Notes: generated by a model from the letters alone, not told the origin. A stretch of DNA of 20,000 bases from an uncultured virus (IMG/VR IMGVR_UViG_3300009545_000019) (IMGVR_UViG_3300009545_000019); one strand, 5' to 3'; numbered from the stretch's first letter, positions 1-7,502 are shown. Made by a program: numbers and translations.

Positions 1-87
1 CGAGGGATGCGACGTGAGGGCTGCGATGCCGAGCGCAGCGACGCCGCCCGCTACCAGCCATCCAACAAGTCCGATTCCCTTCGCCAT
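1..87 (-). CDS. Partial (runs off left edge) membrane-anchored protein, MAKGIGLVGWLVAGGVAALGIAALTSHPS...
   Basis: ATG at 87, just after the stop of 92..781; N-terminal hydrophobic Gly/Ala-rich helix; not in ORF track. Confidence 0.7.
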   Translation of the reverse strand, partial: MAKGIGLVGWLVAGGVAALGIAALTSHPS

Positions 88-91
88 CGTT

Positions 92-781
92 CTATGCCTT
101 CTTCGCAAGAAGCAGCCTGCATCGAGGCGCCGTCAAATCGTTCGCTTTGCCCAGATTCATACCAAGCTCGCCCGATGGATCCTCGTTCGAGCCGTCCGGG
201 TTCTGCACCGTCACGTGATACAATATCCCATCGGGCATGCGCTGGGAGATCAAATTCGGCCGACAAGGATCACCTACGATGCGTCGTTCAGCGACTCGAG
301 CGCAGGCGAGATCTTCGCAAACGCCGTGGCCGCGCTGGTGGAGCGCCTCGATCGAATCCCATAGCTCCTCGGTGCCCTTCACCTTCGGCTTGTAGCAAAC
401 CGATTCGTAGACGCTCGGGTACGCGCTCTTCCCGGCGGAACCGATGAGCCCATGCATCCTCGCGCGGATGCACCAGATATTGACCGCGACGAGCGCTTCG
501 AGGGCGTCGTAGAAGACGACGGGCGGCCCGTTCGACCATGCCGGCGGGCTGTTCTTTGGAACGAGCACGCGCATGGCGACGATCTCAGGCTGATCGGAAG
601 CCTCGTTGCTCCCGAAGTCTGTCGCCACACCCCAATGTTGCCCAGCCGGCTTTTCGTAATTCGTCAGCTCGAAGGCGAACTGCCGGATGATGTCGACCGC
701 TTCCCCGTAAGGGACTCCGCGCTCATCCAAGTGTCCCGGAACTTCGAACGTGATCGGAAAAACCGAGCTGAAATGGCGCAC
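92..781 (-). CDS. Transglutaminase-like cysteine protease (papain-like fold), putative virion-associated enzyme
   Basis: GVCEDLACARVAE (Cys), YHVTV (His), EDPS (Asp) in transglutaminase-like order; 229 aa. Confidence 0.6.
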   Translation of the reverse strand: MRHFSSVFPITFEVPGHLDERGVPYGEAVDIIRQFAFELTNYEKPAGQHWGVATDFGSNEASDQPEIVAMRVLVPKNSPPAWSNGPPVVFYDALEALVAVNIWCIRARMHGLIGSAGKSAYPSVYESVCYKPKVKGTEELWDSIEALHQRGHGVCEDLACARVAERRIVGDPCRPNLISQRMPDGILYHVTVQNPDGSNEDPSGELGMNLGKANDLTAPRCRLLLAKKA

Positions 782-832
782 AGGCTACCTGTTCTTTGCG
801 AGGCGACCTGTGCGCCGTTCCGGCATGTTTCC

Positions 833-1555
833 TCAGACGCAGGGGCTGAAGCGGCGGAACTCTTCCGGCCCTTCCTTGAACCACGCGCCGGCCTTGAACG
901 CGCGGGCGTTGGTCTCGACGCCATTGACGAGCGCCGACGGGAGGGTGTTCTTCACCGTGATCTTCAGCTTCTGACCGGGGCGAAGCATGTGCGTTCGGAT
1001 GCCTTGGCCGCCGACCGCATCCTCGCGGAACATGCAGCCCGGGATGTCTCCCGTGCCGCCGAGCAGGCACTCGCGACCGACGCGGATCTCGACGACGTCA
1101 AAGACGTCGCAGGTGCCTTCCGGAATGACGATCGACCAGAGCATCATGTCGGTGTCGATCTCCATCTTGATCGTGGCCTGGAGACCCGGGGGGACCAAGC
1201 GACAACCGGTGCCGATGCCGACCGGGATCAGCTGCCCACGATCCATCTCCTGAACGGTTCGCCCGTCGAGGAACTGTTGCTGGATGCGCGGCGGCAGATC
1301 CTTGAGATCGCGGAGGAGCATCGCGTACGCGTACGCGGCGCCCGTCGGCGTGGCGGGGTTGTTGATGTCGGCGAGGTTCAGCGGCGCGCACGACATGCTG
1401 TACTGCGGAATCGAGGCCGGAGGACCGAACCCGCAGTTGTTCCAAAACCCATCTCCTCCGAAGCGGGGATCCTGCGCCTGCGGCGCAGATCCAGCGAAAC
1501 GCGGAGCGGGAGCAATTCGACGATCTCCAACGGGGAGATAGGGGTTGAATTTCAC
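833..1555 (-). CDS. Candidate single jelly-roll capsid protein (start GTG 1555, or GTG 1639 per ORF track)
   Basis: C-terminal ~110 aa of alternating beta-strands (ATIKMEI, LWSIVIP, FDVVEIRVG, GDIPGCMF, GQKLKITVKN, FKAGAWF); GAAGG SD-like 10 nt before GTG 1555; flanked by membrane-protein genes. Confidence 0.5.
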   Translation of the reverse strand: MKFNPYLPVGDRRIAPAPRFAGSAPQAQDPRFGGDGFWNNCGFGPPASIPQYSMSCAPLNLADINNPATPTGAAYAYAMLLRDLKDLPPRIQQQFLDGRTVQEMDRGQLIPVGIGTGCRLVPPGLQATIKMEIDTDMMLWSIVIPEGTCDVFDVVEIRVGRECLLGGTGDIPGCMFREDAVGGQGIRTHMLRPGQKLKITVKNTLPSALVNGVETNARAFKAGAWFKEGPEEFRRFSPCV

Positions 1556-1573
1556 GAGAACTCTGCCTTCTGA

Positions 1574-1686
1574 CAAGGTGAACTGTTTTTGTCCGTTTCC
1601 CCCGGACCTGCCGCCGACACCGGTCGGCGACAAGTTCACTTGCTGACTTCGGGCCTCATCCGCGAGGAGAAGCCTCAGCCGTCAGC
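1574..1686 (-). ncRNA. Structured cis RNA (hairpin plus three-way junction) upstream of the capsid candidate
   Basis: Stems read directly: 1686-1681/1647-1642; 1642-1633/1584-1574; 1632-1623/1618-1609 (10 bp, one U-G); 1607-1603/1595-1591. Confidence 0.5.
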
Positions 1687-1694
1687 GGAGCTTT

Positions 1695-2075
1695 TCAGGC
1701 AGCGGCTGCCGACTTCTGACCACGCTTGTACGCGGCCATGCCAGCGGCGTACGACGCGGCGCCCTCGCCAGCGGCGAGAACGAGGTCGGCCATGTCACCG
1801 GCGTACCCCGAGACAGCGTACGCGATGAGCGCGGCGCCGCCCCATGCGGAGATCGGCACGTTCGCGGCTTGCGCTCGGGCCGGGTACTTTCCCTCGACGT
1901 AGCCGAAGAGTCCGCCGGTCACGATGGCCGCTGCGGTCTCCTTGATCTGGTCGAGTTGAACCTTGTGCTCGAGGGCCGCTTTCTTGGCGCGGGCCACGAG
2001 ACTGTTGTTCTCGCGAAGCAGGTGCTCCTGATCGCGAACGGAGAGGCTGCGTCCTTGCAAGATCGAATCTGCCAT
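1695..2075 (-). CDS. Small membrane protein (coiled-coil N-terminus plus 2-3 hydrophobic helices), putative virion membrane protein
   Basis: 126 aa; GAGGA SD; hydrophobic segments AAAIVTGGLFG, ISAWGGAALIAYAV, LVLAAGEGAASYAAGMAAY. Confidence 0.75.
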   Translation of the reverse strand: MADSILQGRSLSVRDQEHLLRENNSLVARAKKAALEHKVQLDQIKETAAAIVTGGLFGYVEGKYPARAQAANVPISAWGGAALIAYAVSGYAGDMADLVLAAGEGAASYAAGMAAYKRGQKSAAAA

Positions 2076-2161
2076 TTTTCCTCAATGACCCGTGGTCGTT
2101 GTTCGCCAATCGGCGGGGCAGACTAAGAGCTACCAGCCCCTGTTCCCCTTGGCAAGCCCCC

Positions 2162-2602
2162 CTATCGATGGATAGAGACAGAGATTCCGGAATCGTCATC
2201 ATCCCGCTCAGACGGGTGATGAATGCTGACCGTCGACTCGTAGCGCGTCCTTCCCGCGAACGGAACGCGGCTCGGCGGCCGATCGACCGGCATCTGCACG
2301 TAGATGTACTGCACCTGCACCGGCGCAGCCTCGACGGCCTTCTTCTTTCGGCGCTTCTTCGGAACAAGCGCAGCCGCTGGCGCAGACCGGGATGCCGAAA
2401 GCTTCCGATCGTGCGCCGCCCGCTTCTCCGGGTCCGAGATCACGCCGAAGGCCCAGTTGATGTCCTTCAAGCGAGCCTCGGCCTTCGGCTTGTCCTTCGC
2501 TCTATCGGGGTGCTCGTTGAACACGAGGCGCTTGTAGACGAGCTCGACGATCTCGGTAGAGACCGACTCGGCCACCTGAAGCACCTCGTACGCGTTCCTC
2601 AA
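2162..2602 (-). CDS. J-domain (DnaJ-like) protein with basic C-terminal extension
   Basis: NAYEVLQV...YKRL...HPD...INWAFGVISDPEKRAAHD is a canonical J-domain with the HPD motif. Confidence 0.9.
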   Translation of the reverse strand: MRNAYEVLQVAESVSTEIVELVYKRLVFNEHPDRAKDKPKAEARLKDINWAFGVISDPEKRAAHDRKLSASRSAPAAALVPKKRRKKKAVEAAPVQVQYIYVQMPVDRPPSRVPFAGRTRYESTVSIHHPSERDDDDSGISVSIHR

Positions 2603-3195
2603 GGAACCGCCACGTCCCCGTCGGCCAGTGCTTTGACGGCCTTGAGCGCGTCGTCGATGTTCGTCGGCTTGAAGAAGCTCCCCGGAGAGAGGAGCGACGA
2701 TGCCCCGACGAGCCGCTGCACGAGGACTTCGGCGGGCAAGAGCTTGCGAGCATGCGTCTTGTACTTCCAGACGCCGGCCGTACGACCAAGCGGCAGAAAA
2801 ACGATTTCGTACACATGCTCGCCTGCGACGTCCGTTCGAGGCGCGAACGCTGAAAGACCTGCGGAGCCGTGTGGTACGAGAAGGTTCTCGCCGACCTTGA
2901 CCTCGATGTAGCCCTCGGCCTTCTCGGGCTTGCGCGCCAGCATGGGCGAGGTGAGGCGAACGATCGCATACGCCTTGGTGTCTTGCAGAACGATCCCGCG
3001 AAAACCCGCGAGCTGCACGAAGTTGTTCGGCAGGGTGAACTGCGGCACGTAGACGCCGTCGATCTTGACGTCCAGATCGACGAACTGACGCAGATCACCG
3101 GGTGGAGGCGGCGGAAGGACTACCGGATCGGTAGCTTGCGCCTTCGTCTTCTTCTCGGCCTTCGGATCTTGCGCCGTATCAGCGAGCTCGTTCAT
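2599..3195 (-). CDS. Hypothetical protein, 198 aa (beta-rich core, possibly OB-fold/ssDNA-binding)
   Basis: ATG 3195 with GAGGGA upstream; stop overlaps the J-domain start; the fold guess is weak. Confidence 0.65.
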   Translation of the reverse strand: MNELADTAQDPKAEKKTKAQATDPVVLPPPPPGDLRQFVDLDVKIDGVYVPQFTLPNNFVQLAGFRGIVLQDTKAYAIVRLTSPMLARKPEKAEGYIEVKVGENLLVPHGSAGLSAFAPRTDVAGEHVYEIVFLPLGRTAGVWKYKTHARKLLPAEVLVQRLVGASSLLSPGSFFKPTNIDDALKAVKALADGDVAVP

Positions 3196-4060
3196 GTTGT
3201 TCCGTCCCTCGTTTCGGTTGTTTCGGCATCGCTCCGAGCCATCCCCTGGATGCATCCGGAACCTTCAATGCCTCCTTCAGGTCTAACACTCCCGTCTCTG
3301 CCGCGTCCAGGGCCGCGCGGATTCCACGAAGGACGAGAAGTTCGTTCGGAGTGGCCGACGCAGCCTTTTCGGCCACCTGCGCCTTCCATTGTTCGATGTC
3401 GCGAAGGTTCGCAGGCTCCGCCGTCCTCGAACCTTTCGGCCGACCGCCGCGTTTGTTCGCGAGGCGCGCATTGTAGGCTCGAACCTGCTGATCATGCGGC
3501 ACCGTGAGGACGGCCAGGAGATCGTTCGTATCGAATCGCTCCGGATTCGTGCGCCACGCGTCCCATAGGTCGAAGCAGAGCTTCTCCTTGATTCGGATGA
3601 GCTTCTCTACGTATCGCGGTGAGAGGCCGATCTCAGGGCTGATCTGCTCGCACGTCCAACCGGAGCGCCGTTGGAGCCGATGCAAAGCCTCGGAGAGCTC
3701 CCACTGATACAGATTCCTCCGGCACGAGTTCTCCGCGATGTTCTCGAGCAATGCGCGCAAGTCGTCCTGACCGGCGTCGCCCGTCGACGGCATGACCGAG
3801 CATCGGATCTTCTTCTTCGGTGCAACGCGCTCACATGATTCGACGCGCCGAAACCCGAAGATCAGCGAATAACCGCCGTCCGGATCGCGCCGAACACGAA
3901 CGGGCTGAAGGAGCCCCTTCTGCCGGATCGACTCGTCGAGCTCGTGAACGGCTTCCCTTTGCTCGGCCGCGCTATGCTGGACAGTCTGACGCGTGTTCCA
4001 CGCGCGTTCGACGCGGATTTCGTGCGGGTAAAGGTCTACGTGCTCGGGCTCTCCGGCCAT
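3179..4060 (-). CDS. ParB/Spo0J-like protein (ParB N-domain plus HTH)
   Basis: LDESIRQKGLLQPVRV...LIFGFRR...ENSCRRNL, followed by HTH WTCEQISPEIGLSPRYV. Confidence 0.88.
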   Translation of the reverse strand: MAGEPEHVDLYPHEIRVERAWNTRQTVQHSAAEQREAVHELDESIRQKGLLQPVRVRRDPDGGYSLIFGFRRVESCERVAPKKKIRCSVMPSTGDAGQDDLRALLENIAENSCRRNLYQWELSEALHRLQRRSGWTCEQISPEIGLSPRYVEKLIRIKEKLCFDLWDAWRTNPERFDTNDLLAVLTVPHDQQVRAYNARLANKRGGRPKGSRTAEPANLRDIEQWKAQVAEKAASATPNELLVLRGIRAALDAAETGVLDLKEALKVPDASRGWLGAMPKQPKRGTEQHERAR

Positions 4061-4077
4061 GCCGGGAGCATACCATG

Positions 4078-4278
4078 CTAGGCCGCTTGCATCTCCACGA
4101 GCATGAAGGCTGCTTCGACCGTGAGGCGCGGCTCCTTTTCACGAGCTGCCAGGACGAGAAGGCATTCTTCGAGCGCATCCCGGTCGCCCGTGAGCGCGAG
4201 GCGTAGAATGAGCTGCGGGTAGCGACCCGTTGCTTCGGCCTGGAGATCTCGAAGTTGAAGGACGAGTCGGCGAGTCAT
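4078..4278 (-). CDS. Hypothetical protein, 66 aa
   Basis: ATGA overlap with the upstream gene; operon continuity. Confidence 0.6.
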   Translation of the reverse strand: MTRRLVLQLRDLQAEATGRYPQLILRLALTGDRDALEECLLVLAAREKEPRLTVEAAFMLVEMQAA

Positions 4279-4487
4279 CGCGACGGCACCTCGCCTTCTC
4301 GAATCGTGTCGAGATTGCCGCGAAACGAGCGGCGACTTGCAATCCGGGAACCCGATCTTGCCGCGCCAAACTCGTCGAGCTCACGGTCCGCGGCTTGTGG
4401 GTCGCGCAGCATGGCAAACGCCACGCCTTCAGCGTCGGTCAAACCGTACTTGTTGCGATACCAGCGCGAAGCGGGGCTCATGTTCAT
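4275..4487 (-). CDS. Hypothetical protein, 70 aa
   Basis: GGAGGAG SD; ATGA overlaps on both sides. Confidence 0.65.
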   Translation of the reverse strand: MNMSPASRWYRNKYGLTDAEGVAFAMLRDPQAADRELDEFGAARSGSRIASRRSFRGNLDTIREGEVPSR

Positions 4488-4813
4488 GACTCCTCCGACA
4501 GATCGGCGATTGCGCCATCGATCATCATTCCGACCAGCGCCTTTCCAAATTCACATCCGGGCCAACGTTGATCCCACTCTCTGACGTGCGCCGCTCGGAT
4601 CTCTCTCAGAGAAGATACGATAGGCGCATTCAAAGCCTCGCGTTGCGCCATATTCTGGGCAATGTGGTGACACTCGGCGCATTCCGGTCCTGACGTAGGC
4701 AGGTGCCCCTTGATGGGGCAGTGGAAAAGCGGATGGTCGTTGACCTTCCGGCATCCCGGACAGAGGACGTCAGCGGAGCCCGTTGGATCGTCGCACCATA
4801 GGCAGAGATTCAT
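4484..4813 (-). CDS. Cys/His-rich putative zinc-finger protein, 109 aa
   Basis: Start MNLCLWC at 4813 (ATGA overlap, GGAGG SD); CLWC, CPGC, HC-x4-H, CAEC motifs. Confidence 0.7.
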   Translation of the reverse strand: MNLCLWCDDPTGSADVLCPGCRKVNDHPLFHCPIKGHLPTSGPECAECHHIAQNMAQREALNAPIVSSLREIRAAHVREWDQRWPGCEFGKALVGMMIDGAIADLSEES

Positions 4814-4986
4814 GACGGATCGCCCTCCCATTCGTGGCCTTCTTCGCGCTCGCGTCGCTCTTCCTCGAAGCATTCGAGGCATTGAAGATGCGTTTCTGTT
4901 GCCGTGTGTTCGGCGCCAGGGTGCCGAATGCAAGGCTTGAACCGAGCGGCATGTTCCTTGCGCAGACGTTGGACTAACCGGCTCAC
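4810..4986 (-). CDS. Small putative Zn-binding protein, 58 aa
   Basis: GTGA overlap with 4983..5246; CIRH...CLEC. Confidence 0.6.
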   Translation of the reverse strand: MSRLVQRLRKEHAARFKPCIRHPGAEHTATETHLQCLECFEEERREREEGHEWEGDPS

Positions 4987-5246
4987 GGTGCGCCCGTTTT
5001 GCACTCGTCGCCGAGATCGCATTGCCCCGACGCGGGCCCGTTGACGGGCAATCCGCATCCCTCGCATTGCGCCTTCCAAAGGGCCTTATCTGCGGCCAGC
5101 TTCGCCCGCATTGCCGCTTGGACTTTCGGATCGTCGTGGCGCCACTTGTAACGCGCATCTCCCGCATTGCTTCCGTAGACACGTCGAAGCTCCACCGAAA
5201 AGGCATCGTCAGCGGCTTGCGCCGCGCGGTAATGTTCGTGACTCAT
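4983..5246 (-). CDS. Hypothetical protein with C-terminal Cys cluster, 87 aa
   Basis: GAGG SD, ATGA overlap; CEGC...C...C. Confidence 0.7.
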   Translation of the reverse strand: MSHEHYRAAQAADDAFSVELRRVYGSNAGDARYKWRHDDPKVQAAMRAKLAADKALWKAQCEGCGLPVNGPASGQCDLGDECKTGAP

Positions 5247-5428
5247 GGTGCCTCTCTTACCGAAAACTCCGGCACGTCATACATGATGCGGCCGGTTTTG
5301 AACGCTTCGCGCGCTTTCCTGTTCAGCCTATCAGCGAGACGCCATGCGATCGGCCACTTGTGGGATCCTTCGAGCGGTTTTTCGCCGCTCCAATCTTTTC
5401 GGATGACGACGTAGCGCTTGGTTTTCAT
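5243..5428 (-). CDS. Basic hypothetical protein, 61 aa (MKTKRYVV...)
   Basis: GGAG SD; ATGA overlap with the stop of 5425..5745. Confidence 0.7.
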   Translation of the reverse strand: MKTKRYVVIRKDWSGEKPLEGSHKWPIAWRLADRLNRKAREAFKTGRIMYDVPEFSVREAP

Positions 5429-5745
5429 GACGCTTTCTCCCATCCCATGGCTTGCGCCTCAATAAAAAGTCGCGCTTCTTCCGGCGTTCGGCACCACTTG
5501 ACCGCTTTCGGGCCCGTAGTGCTACCAGGAACACACGCCACGGCATGAACGGTTCCCTCGGGATGCCTTTCCGCGTACTGCGGCCCGCACGGGCCATAGT
5601 CGAGATAATGTCCGAAGCACCCTCGCCCGCCACATTCGAAAGACTCGCCCTCGATGCCGGGCCCGTAATACCAGCCACGATCCGTCGTGGCTTGCCGCGG
5701 GGCCTTAGAAACGTGCCATTCAAACTTTCGCGAGCGCTTGGGCAT
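5425..5745 (-). CDS. Hypothetical protein, 106 aa
   Basis: GAGGA SD within conserved leader element D. Confidence 0.75.
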   Translation of the reverse strand: MPKRSRKFEWHVSKAPRQATTDRGWYYGPGIEGESFECGGRGCFGHYLDYGPCGPQYAERHPEGTVHAVACVPGSTTGPKAVKWCRTPEEARLFIEAQAMGWEKAS

Positions 5746-5812
5746 GATGGTTCCTCTAACGCCTCAAGCCCCGATGCCATAGGCAAGCGGGGCGAGACGG
5801 AAAGCGGTTTTT
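5746..5812 (-). repeat. Conserved intergenic hairpin-leader, copy D
   Basis: GCCCCG-ct-TGCC-tat-GGCA-t-CGGGGC (5793-5768), then TTGAGGCGTTAGAGGAAccatcATG. Confidence 0.75.
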
Positions 5813-6049
5813 TTAGACAGATTCGCCGTTCCTAAACCATGCTTCGGATTCCTCCCATCGTTTCTTGCCGTTTTCGGCATAGACGATGTGGAAGATCCCA
5901 TAGATCGCGCCGTCTCGAGACTTGCTTACGTAGTCGTAGACGTAAGCGAGGCTTGTGCCAGGAACCACGGGCTCCCTTTCAGTCCCCACGAATGCGCCCG
6001 CTTGCAGCTTCGCGCGTCGAACCGTGTACTTCTCTTGTGAAGCTCTCAT
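5813..6049 (-). CDS. Hypothetical protein, 78 aa (MRASQEKY...)
   Basis: ATGA overlap with the stop of 6046..6297. Confidence 0.65.
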   Translation of the reverse strand: MRASQEKYTVRRAKLQAGAFVGTEREPVVPGTSLAYVYDYVSKSRDGAIYGIFHIVYAENGKKRWEESEAWFRNGESV

Positions 6050-6297
6050 GACAGCCATTCCCGCGCGTACTGTCGCGCCGTTTCGCGGCTCGGATGTTGA
6101 CGCCATGATGGATCGCCCATGCCTCTGTAGCGATAGGCAAACGTGCTCCACGTTCCGTGCGTCAGCTCGACGGATACACGCGAGAACGCGCGATCGAACG
6201 TGTCGCGGTGATCGTAGCTCGTCTCCACGATCGAAGCTTCGCGGTACTTTCGCGCGCTTTCTTCGAGCAAGGAGACAATCTGAGGAGAGCGTTTCAT
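6046..6297 (-). CDS. Hypothetical protein, 83 aa
   Basis: AAAGGGA SD; ATGA overlap. Confidence 0.7.
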   Translation of the reverse strand: MKRSPQIVSLLEESARKYREASIVETSYDHRDTFDRAFSRVSVELTHGTWSTFAYRYRGMGDPSWRQHPSRETARQYAREWLS

Positions 6298-6692
6298 CGT
6301 TTCCCTTTCTTAACGTTGCCGTTCTCGTCGCAATATCGGGACTCGCGCTCGCATCCGAGTGATTCCCCGTACTTGCTCACCCATTCCAACTGTTCGGGCG
6401 AGTAATCCGAAAAGTAATCCTCATCCGTGTCGCCCGGTTTCATCGCGACGAGAGACATGATCAATTCTCGTGCCTCGATGCCGTCGCTTGCCCCGTGGAC
6501 AGCGCAGTAGAGTTGACCGCGCCGAAAGATAACCTTTCCTCCGTGCGACACTTCGCACGAAAGCTTGACGCGGCCCGCGCTGTCCCATCCGAGATCATCG
6601 AATGCCTTGATAACGATAAGGCGAGCGTCGTGCTCGCGTCGGAAAAGGCGAACCCGAAGGGTAAAGGCGAGGTTTGGATCTTCGCGTTTCAT
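6294..6692 (-). CDS. First gene of leftward early operon, 132 aa, with acidic PGDTDEDYFSDYSPEQL motif
   Basis: ATG 6692 just downstream of a sigma54-like motif; the ORF-track extension to 6821 looks non-coding. Confidence 0.75.
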   Translation of the reverse strand: MKREDPNLAFTLRVRLFRREHDARLIVIKAFDDLGWDSAGRVKLSCEVSHGGKVIFRRGQLYCAVHGASDGIEARELIMSLVAMKPGDTDEDYFSDYSPEQLEWVSKYGESLGCERESRYCDENGNVKKGKR

Positions 6693-6705
6693 GACCAAGG
6701 CACCT

Positions 6706-6721
6706 TGCTCTAATCGTGCCA
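6706..6721 (-). promoter_or_regulatory. sigma54-like (-24/-12) promoter, leftward
   Basis: TGGCACG-ATTA-GAGCA; GG-N10-GC spacing; followed by AGGT as in the rightward copy. Confidence 0.4.
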
Positions 6722-7010
6722 AGCGAGGCGACCCTAGGAACGCTCGCCCGGTCAAGGCTACCTCCCTAGCCTGGCCGTCCCAAAACGACGCTAGAAGGCA
6801 AAGCGAGGCGAGACGGGCCAAGAAACGATCCTGGCGAGACGAGCGATCGGGGCCGCGAGGCGAAAGCGTTTTCTCATGAGGTGCGAAAAACGACGCCTCG
6901 AGACGCGAACGGAGCGAAGCGCGAAGGGAGCTCGCGGTAACCGCGAAGCCAGGGTTACGAAAAACTGGCGAAAGATCTTCACACCTCCAGTTTTCGCGGG
7001 CTTTTCAGGA

Positions 7011-7026
7011 TGGCACGGTACTCGCA
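7011..7026 (+). promoter_or_regulatory. sigma54-like (-24/-12) promoter, rightward
   Basis: TGGCACG-GTAC-TCGCA versus consensus TGGCACG-N4-TTGCW (1 mismatch). Confidence 0.55.
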
Positions 7027-7033
7027 AGGTCTC

Positions 7034-7086
7034 TTTCCGTGGTCAACGGTTGACCATCCGAAACCTCTCTAGGGAGAGGTCGGAAA
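7034..7086 (+). promoter_or_regulatory. Structured 5' leader (two perfect hairpins)
   Basis: TGGTCAA-cgg-TTGACCA (7040-7056), ACCTCTC-tagg-GAGAGGT (7063-7080), closable by TTTCCG/CGGAAA. Confidence 0.5.
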
Positions 7087-7101
7087 CTAGGAAACTATAC
7101 C

Positions 7102-7257
7102 ATGGCCAAGTTTTCGCAAGAAGAGTTTGACGCGAAGTTGGAAGAGATCCTTGACGATCAAACCGGAAGCTCGCTCCTCTTAATTCCCGGAATCTATGAG
7201 ATCGTTTCCGAACATTTCAATAATGAGATCTTGGAAGCTATGGAAGAAGACGGATAA
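7102..7257 (+). CDS. Very acidic 51-aa protein MAKFSQEEFDAKLEEILDDQ...EILEAMEEDG, first gene of rightward operon
   Basis: AGGA SD; 14 D/E vs 2 K; below the ORF-track size cutoff. Confidence 0.75.
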   Translation: MAKFSQEEFDAKLEEILDDQTGSSLLLIPGIYEIVSEHFNNEILEAMEEDG

Positions 7258-7325
7258 CCCGCATCGCTAGCAGCACCGGCCCGACTCTCGCATGAGAGCG
7301 GGCCTTGGGGCGTTGGGAGACCACA
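7258..7325 (+). repeat. Conserved intergenic hairpin-leader, copy A
   Basis: GGCCCG-a-CTCTC-gcat-GAGAG-CGGGCC (7278-7304), then TTGGGGCGTTGGGAGAccacaATG. Confidence 0.8.
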
Positions 7326-7502
7326 ATGGCTAATCAATTCTCTATCAAGATCGAATTGGGCAACGATGCCATGAGAACGCGCCGCGACGTCGTGCGAGTC
7401 CTTCGCGAGCTTGCGGCAACGATCGATGATGGCTCGAAACGAGAGGAAGGGAAGATCCGAGACGCAAACGGTAACAGCGTCGGATCGTGGTCCTTCGATT
7501 GA
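7326..7502 (+). CDS. Small phage protein, 58 aa (F-x-I-x-I...GNDA...IRDANGNSVGSW)
   Basis: GGAG SD in leader A; the motif resembles small phage hypothetical proteins as I recall them. Confidence 0.8.
   Translation: MANQFSIKIELGNDAMRTRRDVVRVLRELAATIDDGSKREEGKIRDANGNSVGSWSFD

Noticed and set aside
452..1573. 373-aa + strand ORF and similar long antisense ORFs (2099-2911, 2869-3507)
   Set aside because: Shadow ORFs of high-GC minus-strand genes; Arg-rich with no motifs
2127..2155. Late promoter TTGCCA-N17-TAGCTC upstream of the virion module (minus strand)
   Set aside because: The -10 element lacks the conserved final T; too weak to call
6693..6821. N-terminal extension of the 6294 gene and other ORFs in 6693-7130
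   Set aside because: Low-complexity translations overlapping promoter motifs; the region looks non-coding
7034..7086. Hammerhead ribozyme (GAAAC-stem-GUC and a closing stem are present)
   Set aside because: The essential CUGANGA core is absent between the closing stem and the first hairpin
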